Below are positions 1 to 12,961 of a stretch of 64,000 nt of DNA, piece by piece. A model generated the notes under the pieces. That model made no database searches, was not told the origin of the DNA, and saw only the letters and a list, made by a program, of their open reading frames with translations. Source of the DNA: Moniliella sp. 'wahieum' (taxonomy: Eukaryota); the NCBI GenBank assembly GCA_003971905.1, contig RSEE01000012.1, positions 434,001 to 498,000 on the forward strand, in the 5' to 3' direction. Both the position numbers and the translations under genes were made by a program. Positions within the stretch are counted from its first letter, which is position 1. Each line of letters starts with the position of its first letter.

Positions 1-891
1 GGCAATTTGATGGAACAGCTCGCCGCCGCGGGCCAGTTCGAGAACCAAAAAGTAGTACTCATCCGACTCGCTAAACTCAAGGAGGCGGACGATATTGTCG
101 TGATCGAGACCACGCATGATCTGCACTTCCTTGAGAATGTTGGCGCGCTGTGAAGAGAAAAAGTAAAAAAAAGGTTAGTTCCATCGAAGGAAGACAGAAA
201 GACGGAAGAAAGAGACAACTAGTACACACTTCGGTTGCCTTGTTCTTCTTGCGGAACTTGGGATTGAGGCGGTCAGCGTTGAGCGGGTTGAGCTCATACT
301 TGCGAACCACCTTGATAGCGCACTCCATGCCCGTCTCACGATGAGCCGCTTTGTAGACATTGCTAAACGCTCCGTCTCCCATCTTATCGAGCAACACATA
401 GCGCTCAGTTAAACCCTTATAGTCGGGCATGCCGGCTTGGGACTTGGCCACACGCTCCTGGCGCTCCTGCTCCACCAGTTTCTCAGCCACATCGCGGTGC
501 CGGTTACGGTGCTGTGTGTCGTGGGTAGGTGTGGAGGCGTACGCAGGAAGAGGAGACATGGCGTCCCCTTGGATGACAGGCGATGGGTTGAGCAGCAGGG
601 CCTGATCGATTGAGGGCTGCGAGCCGCGGACGGCGGTCGTAGAAAGAGAGAGGTCAGGCTCGAGGTGCGGGGCCAGAGCAGGGGAGGCCGGTAGCGGCTT
701 GGCCACCTCGACGTAATCGAGGCCGGCGTCGTGCTTTGAGGGGACGACGACGGTAGGCTGGGGAGGGGTCAGCACGATGAGCGTCGAGACGAGGGTGGGG
801 CAGGCGGAATGAGGCGTACAGAAGCGGGGTAGGAGGGGTCTGCGGCTTTGCCGTGACGGATGAAGTTGCGGAACTGCTCGAGCATGGGCAT
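1..891 (-). CDS. CAMK-group MAPK-activated protein kinase (Rck2/Srk1-like), 5' part; runs off the left edge of the window
   Basis: Starts MPMLEQFRNFIRHGK (ATG at 891). Kinase subdomains I-II: KMGDGAFSNVYKA...AIKVVRKYEL, then ILKEVQIM. GT-AG introns at about 758-819 and about 148-229. Confidence 0.85.
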
Positions 892-2644
892 GGTGGGGAG
901 TGGTGCGCACACCGGGAAGGGATGGTGGTGGTGGTGGGAGCAGAGCGGCGGGGAGAAGCGGCGGCGACGATAGGCCTGGCTCAGCTCTTGGACGTGATGG
1001 GCTGCGGCAGCTGCGGAACTGACGGGCACTGGTGCGGGCTGGATGTTCCGATGACGTCGGCGTCTCAGATGAGCCGTCGCCCGTGGAACACGACGTGGCC
1101 ATTGGCCATGGGCGATTAATCGAGTGGCAGGTGGCCAGTGGCATGTGGCCCATCCAGCCGTATTGAAACTTCAGCTTGAACATTGAACATCGAAGGGCTG
1201 AATCGCGGCGCTCGCACTGGACCAGCGCCAGCACAGCGGCCAGCCTCCATGCAGCACGTATCTCTCTCATTTGGGCCGCCCGATGCACGAGGCCCGTCCC
1301 CAAGCCAAACAGACGCCCACACCGCCCGCAGCGACATATCACCCTTCGTGCTTCACGCGCACGCACCCCCGCAAGCCCCGTGCCTAGCAGCTGTCTTGAT
1401 GCAATGCTCGATGCCCACCTCCCTGCATCTGCATCTGCAGGCTGCCTCGATCACACGCCGATCATCGATTCCACCCTTGAGCTTCCTCATGCATCGCATG
1501 CTTCCGCGACGTCATCGACGTCATCTACGGCACCTACGTCATCGACGCCGCGCCGTGTCTATGCGCTCCACACTCGGACGAATCGGGGCGAAATACAGAA
1601 GAGATAGCCACCAGCACGAGCCTAGCAGGCCGTAGCCTGCCGTAGCAGCTCATCGCAGCACCTTGCGCGTTGGGCCGCCAACCCCGGCCACCCACCCTGG
1701 TCCCCGCGCAACACGAATCGCTGGCAGCCCACGGGAGGTAACCAATCCCAAAGCCTCTTCTGCGTCATTTTGACGTATCTCGGCCAGAAAAATTAAGCAG
1801 CTGCTAGTACATGATCATAGTAATGCTGTTGGATTCCCTTTTTGGCCCACGTTGAACAAACATGATAGTACACTTTTGAGACACTTCGAATTCAACATTC
1901 AACGTATTCAACCGTGAAGCTTGGCTTGCCCCCGGTCCAACCTCCGACAGGAGAGTCCGCCACAACACAAGTGTAGGTCTATTGATTTTCAAGATAATGT
2001 GTGTGGATGCTGTCATCTCTACTTTCCATATCGGAGGGTGGAAAGAAAAGTGCCAACAACCCTACTGCTCCCCGACCTGCACGTGACGGGTAGGGGGGCT
2101 GGCTACTCCAAAGATCGGGCATATGACAGAGTCGCGTCGACGCGTCCCTCCCATACCTTAAAAGGGGAGCGGTGGTGCAAAGAGTAACCGTGGCACAAGG
2201 CGGAGTGGTGGAGCAAGGAGGAGATATGGAGAGCAATTGAGGGGGGGAGGGGGGGACAAGGGGGGACAAGAAGTGGAGGGGAACAAAGGGTCGGTGGAAC
2301 CAGGGAAGGGTTGGGGCAAGGATGATCGGTGAACCAGAGGTGGTGGACTCGACCCACGTAATGTGATACGACGACCCTGGGCCCTGCCAGGGGGCTCTCA
2401 CACAGGTTGACGGGGTACAATCCCTTAGGTGAAGGACGACTCACGGTGGTTTCGGGTTTGGGCTATTTGGTGGCGTGAATCATCAGTTGACCGGAAACCG
2501 TGAGGAGTTGGACAAAAGAAAGGCGGGAAGGGACGAGAATGGAAGGTGGGATAAAAGATCCCCACTGATAGAGAGGATGCTGACTGTTGGTTGACCCCTT
2601 TTTGGTAACCCCCTTCTGTCTAATCCCCATCGCACTGGCATAGA

Positions 2645-2936
2645 TGTTGACAGAGCGAAGCAGACGAAGCTGCTATTCGTAGAGTGCGGCGTGGGAGCAC
2701 TCGCGATCCTATGGAAGAGCTGCAAAGGGGCCTTCAGACAGGCGTGAAGACAAAGGGGTGAACCACAAGTCTTCAAGCAACATCTGAAGGAAAGGAGACA
2801 GGAGAGAGAAAAGGGAAATGGAGTGAGCAGGGCGTGCGCGGCCTGCGAGCGGAACTCTTTCGACCGGCTAAGCGAGAGCGTCACCCACATCCACTGAGGG
2901 TGGGCGAAGAGGAAGCCTCGCACTACCCCCCCAACA
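2645..2936 (-). mobile_element. Solo-LTR-like dispersed repeat, copy A (inverted relative to the other copies)
   Basis: Bounded by TGTTG (2645) and CAACA (2936). Its reverse complement aligns by eye with 25985-26232 and 51899-52165 (e.g. ...ccttcagatgttgcttgaagacttgtgg...). No target-site duplication seen. Confidence 0.7.
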
Positions 2937-4904
2937 GAAGCAAGCGGAGGCTGCGAAGGAACTAAGAATGTATCATCCGGTAGCACTTCCTCGTTATTAC
3001 TATAACCGTTTCTTCGCAGGTCTTGTGTCGGCACCGAAGTACTAATAGGGTGGACGCCGACAGAAGGGACCACGGCCAGGGAAGGCCCCGGTCGCCCCCC
3101 AGTAGAGAAGGAAAGAAGTGAGACCCCAAAGATCCGCCCTCTCGGGACTTCGGGGCAACCGGTGGGATCCTCGGTTGTCGTTGCGCACGGCTGCACAGGC
3201 CAACAAAAGTGATCCGATAGCAGTGGGCGGGGTCAACATCTTCTTGTTGGGAAGATCTGGCATAGTCGTTGCATGCAAATGAGACGCCGGTGATCGTTCT
3301 GGACATATGAGAGCAAAACCGTTGTAGTTCTATTATAAAAACAATCGAAGGGATGCTCGCCCAGCTTCAAATCCCTCGCTTGAAGCTCAAGTGTAGGGGA
3401 ACGAACTTGCCCACCCTGCCCCCAACTTGACGGGCAACTTGGGCGGTTCCCCCTACTCTATTATTCCAAAAAAGTTTTCACGGTTGACTTCGGTTGCAAT
3501 GTCTCTCATCAAGATACGAGAACTGGAAGACGAGGTCGAGGAGAAAGAAGCAACTAAGAGAAGAAGTTGTGCCTGAACTGGATTGATCAATTGGCGATAT
3601 CAGGAGAGGAAGACGCCACTGGACCGTGGGGGTTAACAAGGACCGTTGGTTACAAACAGGGACTAACAGTGAAACAACAATTACACAGGGAAAACGGGGG
3701 ACAGGGATTACAGCGGGGACGGTCGCCGGTCCTCAGTCCTCAGCTGAGATCGAATCTGACCGCATAACCAATCTGCGGTCGGGGTTAAGAAGGCGAAGAG
3801 AGCGCGTACACTACATCGGCCTTGCTAGCCCGTCATCGCCTGTAACACCTCCGGCTTGGGTTTCCTTCCAGGTTTGAATAATTAAGTCCCATATATAGGT
3901 TGGCATACAAGGCCATTATATCGGCCGCGTTGTTGTCGATTGCGTCCACAAGGGGTCAAAGCAATGCAGAGCAACAGTATACTACATTCATAATATTCGG
4001 CACAGGGAAGAATCAATACGCATTCGGTAACAGGGGCCGATGAGATGGAGTATAAAAAAAGAGGGTCCTCGCGAGTTGATCACAACGCAAATGGTAATAT
4101 TGTCCGGATCAATGTCCATGCCCGTATACACATCGTAGGGAGGCAGTTAGAGCGAGCAAAACATAAAATCTCGTAAAAAGAAAGTGGTCTACATGCCACG
4201 CCACTCATCGAGGTCGGGGGAGCCCTGCTGGGTAATAGAGGTCGAGGGATAGTAATGACGAGTAGTAATCGTGGTGCCGTTTTCGTCATACGTCTGGTGG
4301 ATCTGGCCATGTCGAAGCAAATGTGGAGCGCAACTTCCTGGGCGGCTTCTCTAAGTAATACAATGGATGGAGGTGGTGGGCGTTGAATTCTGACCCGAGA
4401 TGGCAGGTACGTCCCCAGCCAACCGTACTATGACGTCTGGGTCTGTGACCCCTCAGTCACATCGACACAAGCTGTGGTTAGTAGTAGTGGACTGTACTGT
4501 ACTCGTGTACTTAAAAAAGCGCGCTTTTCATTATTAGACACACTGTTCTGTTTCCTGCATACACTTTCGATCTGGACCACACTCAGTAAGCCCATACACT
4601 TGCAACAAAACCAGCAGGATAACTATGCCTTCACCGCCATTGTCTTTCGAAACCCCAGCTTCCCACTAATAGTTGCATCTTGAAGGTGCCAGTGCCGGTA
4701 ACCCACGATGTCTTCAGACCGGGGCGAAAGGGAGACGTTCGATCTACCCATTATGCCCCCCAGAACGTCACCATGGTGCGCTGCGGTAGATTGATTGGGG
4801 ACTAGCAGCCAGAAGCCAATGGCACGGCATCGTCTGCCTTGGCCCAACGGACCACCCTACCGCGGCGCTGGCGCTGCATGGAAGCGGGGTGTACATGAGA
4901 AAGT

Positions 4905-6151
4905 CTAGAGCTCAGCGCGCCAACTCGCTGCAATGATGGCGATGCCCAGCACAAACACCAAAATCGCCACATCGTCCAGCAATGACGAAACGAGAGACCA
5001 GTACTGGGCACCAGTTTGCAGCATCAGCTGGACGGCCGGGATGGGGATCTGTGACGCCAATGTCCGTACCACCCCCCGTTGCTGGCTTGCCCCGCAGCGC
5101 CCACATCCGACCCGATTGCAGTACAATCTCCAGCGTGACAAAAAGGGTAAACAAGGGCTAACAACAAAATGGGTCAACTCAACGCCTGGTACAAAGACGA
5201 ATGGCCACGCGAGATGAGGGGAGGAGGGGAGGGAGGAGGGGAGGGAGGAGGGGGAGGGGGCACGTACAAATTGCTGGAGGGGCATGTGAGCACCCAAATT
5301 GAACGCGGGCAAGTCGGCCGCATCTGGCGGCGCAACGGCCAATCGCCCCCAGGCGTTCAAGATGGACCGAGGCGGGTGGGTAAATTGTTGGCTGGTCTGG
5401 ACCTGCGCCGGGACCAATGAGCAGTAAATGCCGTTCCAAATGTAAACAGCGCAAAAACAAAGATTGCCACCAAATGAACCCAACTCAGTAGGTGGTCAAA
5501 CAGGTTTTGCGCGCGAACGGCTGCCGTGCCTGCCCCGGCACCAGCACCCATCGATTGCATGTGAGCGACCAACGATGCGAACGGGTCGTCTCCCGCGCCC
5601 AACCCCGCACCAGCCCCAAGACCAGGGCCCGCCCAGCATCCGAGCCGAACGGGTGGAAACGGCGGGAAGGGCGACTCGCTGCGGCTCCCCGACCTGTTGG
5701 CCCCAGGGCCTGCACCTGCTCCTCCCTCGGCTCCCATCTGAGCTTGCAACGCGCGCATGAACTGCTGCAACGGATCGTCCGGCGACGGCTCAACGCGTGG
5801 GTAAGTGAGCGCATCCGCTTCTGAAGCGGTGGGCTTGTCGGAAGATGACGTGCCGAGGCTCCCTCCGGGTGGCGGGTGAGAGGGCGGGGACGGCGGCTCG
5901 GTGGAGGAGCTCGGCAGCTCTTCGCCCTTGGTTCAGAGGACTTGAGTGAGGGGCCAGGGGAGGGCATAGAGCGAGGCCTCGTCGCCCCCACGGCCGGCCC
6001 TGGGTGATGCGTGCGAGACGGTCCAGTTCCGCGGGCGAGGATCTTGGCCTTGCGCGCCTCCCGCCGAGCCCGCGCTGCGTCGGCAGGCGAAGGGAAGACG
6101 AGGGCGTGCGGTTGCTGGCGCTGGCTCAGCGGCAGAAGTGGGCTCGTCCAT
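4905..6151 (-). CDS. GET2: GET complex membrane receptor Get2/CAML-like protein
   Basis: N-terminal basic motif ARARREARKAKILARGT(D)RLARIT, low-complexity linker, and C-terminal hydrophobic helices (WVHLVAIFVFALFTFG; LLDDVAILVFVLGIAIIAASW). Several frameshifts and a probable intron near 5140-5270. Confidence 0.7.
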
Positions 6152-6577
6152 GGCGGTGGCGGTGAGGTGGAGGTGACACAAGCGCGGAAGAAGGAGGTGG
6201 GGGGGGCGCTAAAGTAAGGAACCTGGGGAAGCAGCCGGACGTACTGAAACCTGGCCATCCATCCGTTCTGCTTACTGCCCCCCGAGGAGCAAACCTACGT
6301 GGAGCCAGTCGAACCATGAACATTTCATCCACCGTACGCATCGATCGATTCAATCCGTCGACGAAGGCAAGCATGGGCCAGCCAGTGGTCACGTGCACAG
6401 TGGTCGCATCAAGCATCAAGCTTCAAGCTTTCAGGGAGGACGCCAGTGCTGCTGCTGCCCCATCGTCGGCGGAATCTGCTGGGGGTTCCGCTGGTGCACG
6501 GCCAGGCCAATGGGCTGCAGCTGGCGGTTGCACCATTGGGCTGCCCACTCGCCCCCTTTCGCTAGGCCTTGGTGAGC

Positions 6578-7985
6578 ATGAGCACCCCCCACAGCCCCCC
6601 GCGCCAGCCGCCGAGGCGGCACCGCCTCCACTTCTCCGCCCGCGCCCCAGCTGGACCAGGCTGTGTCCGAGCTCGTCTCGGGCTTTTCGTCCTGGTGGGG
6701 CGGCGTATCGAAGAAACTTGCTCGGCCGTCGAGACGGCTCGGAGCAACTTGCAGCAGGGCAGCCAGACCTTCCTGGCGGCTGCCAAAGACGAGATCAGCC
6801 GCTTTGAGGCGAGTCTCGAGGAGGCGCCAACGCAAGGCGCGCGAGGAATCTGCTGCTGCTCCCGACGATGCTGACGTGGATGCCGCTGCCGCTGCGCTCC
6901 CCCGCCTCCGGCTCTTCCGCCGCTCCCCCGCCCTGCGGACAAGGGAAGGACAAGGGCAAAGGCCGCGAGGTCTCGCTCGATGAACTTTCAGCCCTCGAGG
7001 GTCCTGAAGGCGCTGCCCGCGCCCAAGCAGCTAGTCTCGGCACTTCGTCGCCGGCGCTCGTGTTTGATGCCGACGGCGACGTTATCTCAGGTGGCGTCGG
7101 CCTACCGCACAAGAGGCCCAGCTAGAGCAGGGATGGAGCAAGGCCTGGAACAAGGATTGGCCCGCGCCCAAGCGCTGGTCAGCAACGTGACCAAGCAGCT
7201 GGGCGACGATCCGCGTGTACAGAGTTTGTCTGCTTCCCTCACCCACTGGGCCAGCCAAGCGGGGGAGCAGCTCAAGCAGCGCACCGCCACCGCCAATGCG
7301 GACCCAGATGCTCCCACACCCGCCCCGGGCGCGGGCAGCTCCTCCGATTTGCTGGCCAGCCTGTCGCGCTCGATTCAGACCAGTCTCCCCACTTGGATTG
7401 GGAGCGAGCAGAGCCAGCGCTGGCCCACAAGGCATGGAGCGTGGCGAAGAGTTCACCAAGGGGTGACGCAGGGTGTGCGCGATTTGGCTGGCGAACTGGT
7501 CCAAGTGACGCCCTTGGACGGAAATAAGGCCAACCCCAGCGCGCTGTCTGCCTCTGCTCTCGCAGCCCCTGGTCTGATATTTGACCCGTCCCGGCGCCTA
7601 CGCCGCCCCGGCAGCCACCCCACCAAATCGCCCCCATTGCCCCTCTCAAGAGCGCAATGAAACACCCGACCAAGACGTTGACCCCTGATCGGCCGCTGCC
7701 CCTACGTCCAGCCTGGCGCCAGCGACTCCCTCTGGGCTCCTACGTCGGGTGTCGACCCTGCTAAGGCTGCGCCCACTGCGGCCTTGGCCTCCTTCCCGGC
7801 CCCGAACCCAAATCGGACGGGTCGGGATGGGGGTTGAGCGATGACGAGGAGGGCTTGCCTGTTTCGGTTGCCCCCGCCGCTTCCGCTTCCGCTTCTGCTT
7901 CTGCTTCCGTCCGTTTCTCACCAGGCCTTGCCAAGCGCCGTGCGTGCCAGTGACAGACGAGGATTCTGACTCGGACTGGGAATGA
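6578..7985 (+). CDS. Hypothetical protein resembling fungal BSD/Dos2-type proteins
   Basis: Coding-like pieces across frames: ELVSGFSSWWGGVSKK, DKGKGRE, LLASLSRSIQTSLP, and an acidic C-terminus EDSDSDWE* (stop 7983-7985). The BSD core itself is not evident. Confidence 0.45.
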
Positions 7986-8316
7986 GGACGATTGACTTGT
8001 GTCGCGAGGCACGTCGCAGACTAGCCCCGCGAGGTGATTCAACGTATAGCCAAACATACTTCTGACATACGAATCTATTGCTGGAACTTGAGATGCAATG
8101 GGTCAAAACCGAGAGGGTCCAGTAAGAAAGCAGCGGGGAGCAGGGAAATGCCAAACATATTGAACAAGCGGCTCACAGGGACAAGGGGACAAGGGGCAAG
8201 GCGGGGGTGAGGGGGGTTGGGGGTTGGGGGGTTGGGGGGCAGGAGCAACAAGGGAGAGATGGGCAACAAGATCCGAGAGGGAAAGCTAAAACAAGCAATC
8301 TAAGACACAGGCGTCC

Positions 8317-9699
8317 TCACTCGCTCTCCAATCCCAACCGCCCACGATGGCAGTCGCAACGGTCATTGGGGTGCGGGTGCAACTGGGCAAAGTAGCTAAC
8401 CACCGCTGGGTCTTGGAAGGCCGAGGGCAAGCCAGAGATGCGCGGCACAAACCTCCCTAACGGCGCAGCATACGCAAAGAAACGAGGCACAGTTCAAATC
8501 GTTTTCCTCCCGCTCCCGTGTGGCCTGCGCTGCTCATCCTCAATCGCCGTCTTGTGCTCGGTAGCAGCGTTCATATCCTTGTTCTCGATCGCCTTGGTCA
8601 CTTCAGCCCAAAGCCGCCGCGACTCGTTCGTCGCCTGCTCTGCCTCGGGTCGCACTGACTTGGGCGCGATCGTAGCGTTGGCGGCGGAGAAGAGGACGCT
8701 TTGCTGACCAGTGATGGTATTCTTGTAGTCCATCTTGGAGGACCACTTGCCCGTCACCTCGCCCACCGTCTGGCCGTTGCGCTTCACCTTACCCTCGATG
8801 GCATTGTAGGTACCGGTAAAGTAGCCCTTGGTCTTGAATTCAACTGTGCACGCCATCTTGGTTGCTGCACACTCAATCAACGACGTATCGCCTAGCTCGA
8901 GCACCATGCTACCAAACAGGATGCCGCGGGCATACATGTTGGGCATCCCAATCACGTACTCTCCATCCTCCGGCCGCTCAACAACACCACCCGGCTGTCG
9001 CCGCCCATGAGGGTGGCGGCACTGTTACCCAAAAACTTGCTCTTGGGTTGCAGTTCGCCATAATCAGCACCTTGTGTTCAGGCGCACAATAAAAGTAGCG
9101 CTGATAGGGGGGTGGTGCGAAACTGGAAGGGAAAACCAGGCCAGAACCACCGCACCGCAGAGTGAAGCGCAAACACAGTCAGTCAGTTACTCAGTCGGTC
9201 AATGCAAAAATGGCAACGCACCTTGCTCGGCAATGTAGTATCCGTGCGAGCCATCGGGGTAGGTGTAGGAGCACTCGAAAAACTCGCCAATACGGGTTGT
9301 AACTGTCAGAGCACAACGAGTCAGTGCGCCGCTTGGATTCAGGTGGCGAGGTACAGGCGTCACGTACGGTTTTTTCACGCCCTTGGGCTTGATGTGCCAG
9401 CCGGCGAGATAGTAGCGCATCACGGCCACAAACCGATCCACAGGGTCCTCGAGCGCCGCAGCGCCAAAGATCAGATCGGGATGCGACATAAAGTCAGTAA
9501 TGCGCTCCAGCATCGAACGCGGCTCGAGCAAACGTCGGCAGCGTCACGCGCGACAGGTCCATCCCGATCCGCAGCTGGCCAATCAAGCTGAGGAGGATGC
9601 TGCCATTCTCCTCGTCGAGTTCTTCCATGTCATCTGCATTGTCCTGCCCATTTGGTGTGATGCTGACTTGGAGGTTCCGAGCAAGCTGGAGAGCACCAT
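8317..9699 (-). CDS. Oxysterol-binding protein homolog (Osh6/Osh7-like short ORP)
   Basis: SILLSLIGQLRIGMDLSRVTLPTF, LEPRSMLERITDF, PKGVKKPY, YIAEQ, MYARGILFG, ESRRLWAEVTKAI, KTAIEDEQR. Introns near 9300-9365 and 9124-9222. Both ends approximate. Confidence 0.9.
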
Positions 9700-11408
9700 A
9701 ACAGCCAGGAGAACACGAGGACAAGCACCGAAAGCGAGACGGGGGGGGGCGGTGGTGGCCGTCAACGAGCTGGCGTCCACCCATTGGCCAGACCAGGCCA
9801 ACCCTTGCGTACGCGCCCGCCGAAAGAGCGCAACCCTAGCGTCACTGGCGCCGCGCACGGCCCCGTGCGGTGTCCGCCAGATAATGGTCACCGGTCCGCG
9901 TCCAGCCAGCACTGAGTTTGCGCCAACTCGTCTCGACGCGTGACGCAACCGCGCACGGTGGCGCCTGCTGGGCCTCCAACGGCAACAGCACGGCTGTCTG
10001 GCTCCCTCGCCGCCTGCCCCCCCTCCCGGGCCTCTCGATGATGTCTGTCTCTCTTCGAGCATCCCGCCGCCAGACGCGGTTGAGGAAGAAGGACAGGCAA
10101 GTGGGGGGGAAAGCAGCAGTATGGAAGATTGCTGGGATTACCACACACAAGGGCAAAAAGACCCACCACGTCTCATTGAAACAGAGAGCAGCACACAGGC
10201 CCCCGCAAACCGTGAACGGCAGTACAGCAAGGATAGTGCCGCGCATGAGGAACGCTGCGGTTCTGTTAGCTCTGGGGTGGCCCCAGCCGAAGCAAGAGAG
10301 TAATGTTCGAAGCGTGGGGCGCAAGACCATATCGGGAGGCGCTCCGAAGCAAAAAAACGGGAGAGACTTGTCTCCGTCGTCGCTATATCCACGTTTGGTC
10401 AGCGCTACTCAAACGCAGGCCGGCATCGGCCTCTAATGTCGGGGACGATGAGGTGGGTTAGCCATGAGTCAGATTCACGCTGAAACAGCAGCAATTAAAA
10501 AAGCCGTCTTCGGGCCTATATGAGATCTGAGATCTACTTGAGATCATGTGATGAGAGTGTGGAAATAGGGCCGGTATTGAGATACACTGGTGTGGTATAA
10601 TCAAGGCTGAGGTTTTCTGTTGGAGATTTACCGAGGGACTGCACCAAGAAGAAGACAAGGGCAAACAGATCCCCAGCAGAGCTGGAGCCACACATGCCCT
10701 CTCTGTCTCACAGTAGTAGATCCACAAAAGGAAAAGCCAAAAAAGAAGCAGCCAAGTGCGGCAGCACATATATCCAGCAGCCAGCATGTCATCCACTATG
10801 CCCAGCACCCAACTTCCCTAGTCCAGATGGGTCCACCACCCCAAGCTCCCTGGAACAGCAGCGCTAGTATACGTTCGTACGAGACCAGCAGGTGCTTCTG
10901 TCCACCAGGCTTTTGCCATGCGATGGTGTTTACAAATGTCTGTTTTCAAATGAAGTGTGGCGCAGCAGCGTCACCGTGACGGGGTGTGAGGCTGGTGATC
11001 GAACGCTAGTGAGACGCGGCCGACCCCCACAAAATCAGCGGATGCGCGCCCCCACGAGGCCTTCTCCTGTTAGTTGGTGCTCAGGCCGAACCATGCCTCT
11101 CCCTGCCATCTCGCCAGCGCATGAGGCCTCAGGACAATGCGACTCAAACGGTATTTAACGGCATTGCTCCTGCAGCGGGGATCACAAACGCTGCTCCGTT
11201 GCCCCGCCCCCGCATCCATTCGCCCCCTTCCTTTGCCCGCCGTCCCGCTGTTGGCTGTCGGCACGGGATGAGCCGGGCTGGGTGGATCCCCGCCAGACGG
11301 GCGGGGAGCATGGTGGACACCGTGTCCAGCGGTATGCAACCAACCGCTCAATGTTATCATTTCGGGAGGCTCCGACCCTGCGTTACGCACCGACCTGGGC
11401 CTACGCGA

Positions 11409-12220
11409 ATGGGCACGGGCCATGGATTCAACAATGAGTGTCTGGAAGCACCGTGGGCATTGCAACAAGCAACTTAGAGGTGATGGGCGTTTGGCGCGTC
11501 GAAGAAAAGGTTTCGAGAAAAGGTCGAAGAAAAGGTCGAAGAAAAGGTCGAAGAAAAGTCGAAGAAAAGGTCGAAAAAAGGAACTTCGCCAAATCAATGC
11601 CCAATGGGATCGATGGCTGGGAAGTTGTGTCGAGTCTGTCTTTGGTGGGAACCATCTCCGGGTTTGGCGGCAATGCGGACCCCAACAACTGTGCACGGAA
11701 GCTTTGTTCTCGCTGTGTCCCAAGAGAAGAGTTTGCCCTACAAACACATTATTGAGCCGGACGGGTACAACATTGGAAGAAACCTCTTTGTCATTGCCGC
11801 CGAACGCGGCGGGTGGTTGAAGGGTGGTACTGGACAGCCACTACCGAATGGGTGGACGGTCTTTTGCCTCCCGGAAACGAAGGTGAGCTTTGCCTTTCCC
11901 ATTTACTCACAGCAGACGCCATATACTGACTTCATGACTCGTGTCAGGATGAACCATGGCTTCGCTCAAGATGGGCGTAAGCTATTCTTACTGTGCGACG
12001 TATGTGTTTTCTCTCTTGCCTTTTCTTGCTGGTGGACCTGGGGCTTACCTCGTATATGTGCTCTTCGGCAGGAATGCGTCCTGGTTCGTGGTCCAAGTAT
12101 ACGCTTTGGCTCTCCCAACTTACCATATCCTTCATCCGAAGCGCAACGTCCTACTCACGTTACCGACAGGCTGCCTCAGATATTCTCGGCCGAATCCCTT
12201 TCTTGTGATTATTGCTGACG
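11409..12220 (+). CDS. Hypothetical protein with VEEK tandem repeats
   Basis: Overlapping ORF pieces, a 12-bp repeat that preserves frame, and donor-like GTGAGC (11883) and GTAAGC (11977). No recognisable domain; start uncertain. Confidence 0.3.
11498..11580 (+). repeat. Tandem repeat (GTCGAAGAAAAG)n, about 6-7 imperfect copies
   Basis: Read directly from the sequence. Confidence 0.9.
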
Positions 12221-12961
12221 CATTCACGACTGCCACGACTCGCCCCTCCATTCTCAATTGAGTCTCATCGCTCATGCTTGTCTTTGACGCAGCACTGCGT
12301 GTTAGTGGTGTTGGTAGTTTAAACCCTGCTGCACCTGGGCTTTTCTCCCTCCCCCCCCCCCCCGAGGATCACGTTGTTTGTCAAAGGAAGGACAAATATT
12401 TTCACGTCATTGAACGCTTGCTCTATATAAGAATCCCCCAATTTCAAGATTGAGTTCAGTTATCGAGCTTCCTACCATCCCAGGCTCCTCACGACTAGAA
12501 GACTGGAAGCCATTAAGATTGAGCCTCAGTGTAGAAGGTGTGGTAGTCGTCCGGGAGTGAGTTCGGTTGGGTTGCTTGTGGTGTGTTGGAGACATTTTCT
12601 TAGGTCTGGACGCGTCCAATGTACGCCACGGCCCATTCTGATGTAATTGCAATGAAAATTGAAGCATAGTAATGCGGCTTAGCGGTTGCGCCTAAATGGG
12701 CACGAGGGCGTGGAGGTCCTGTGGTGCCTTGGCTGGCTGGTCTCGCGGGTAGGCTGGCGCAGGCACACAACGACAGCCCAGGCATGTGCCAGTGTTTGCT
12801 GCATCCACCCCAGCTGAGGTCCTGCGTCCGCCCGCCGCCAGCAGCCGGTTGGTTGGGCCAAGTTGAGAAGGATGGGGGGCGGAGCCGCTGGGCGCAGCTG
12901 ACCTCCCCAACCCTCTGTCTCTTTAACCACCACCCGTGCTCTCTTTGTCTTCAACACCACC

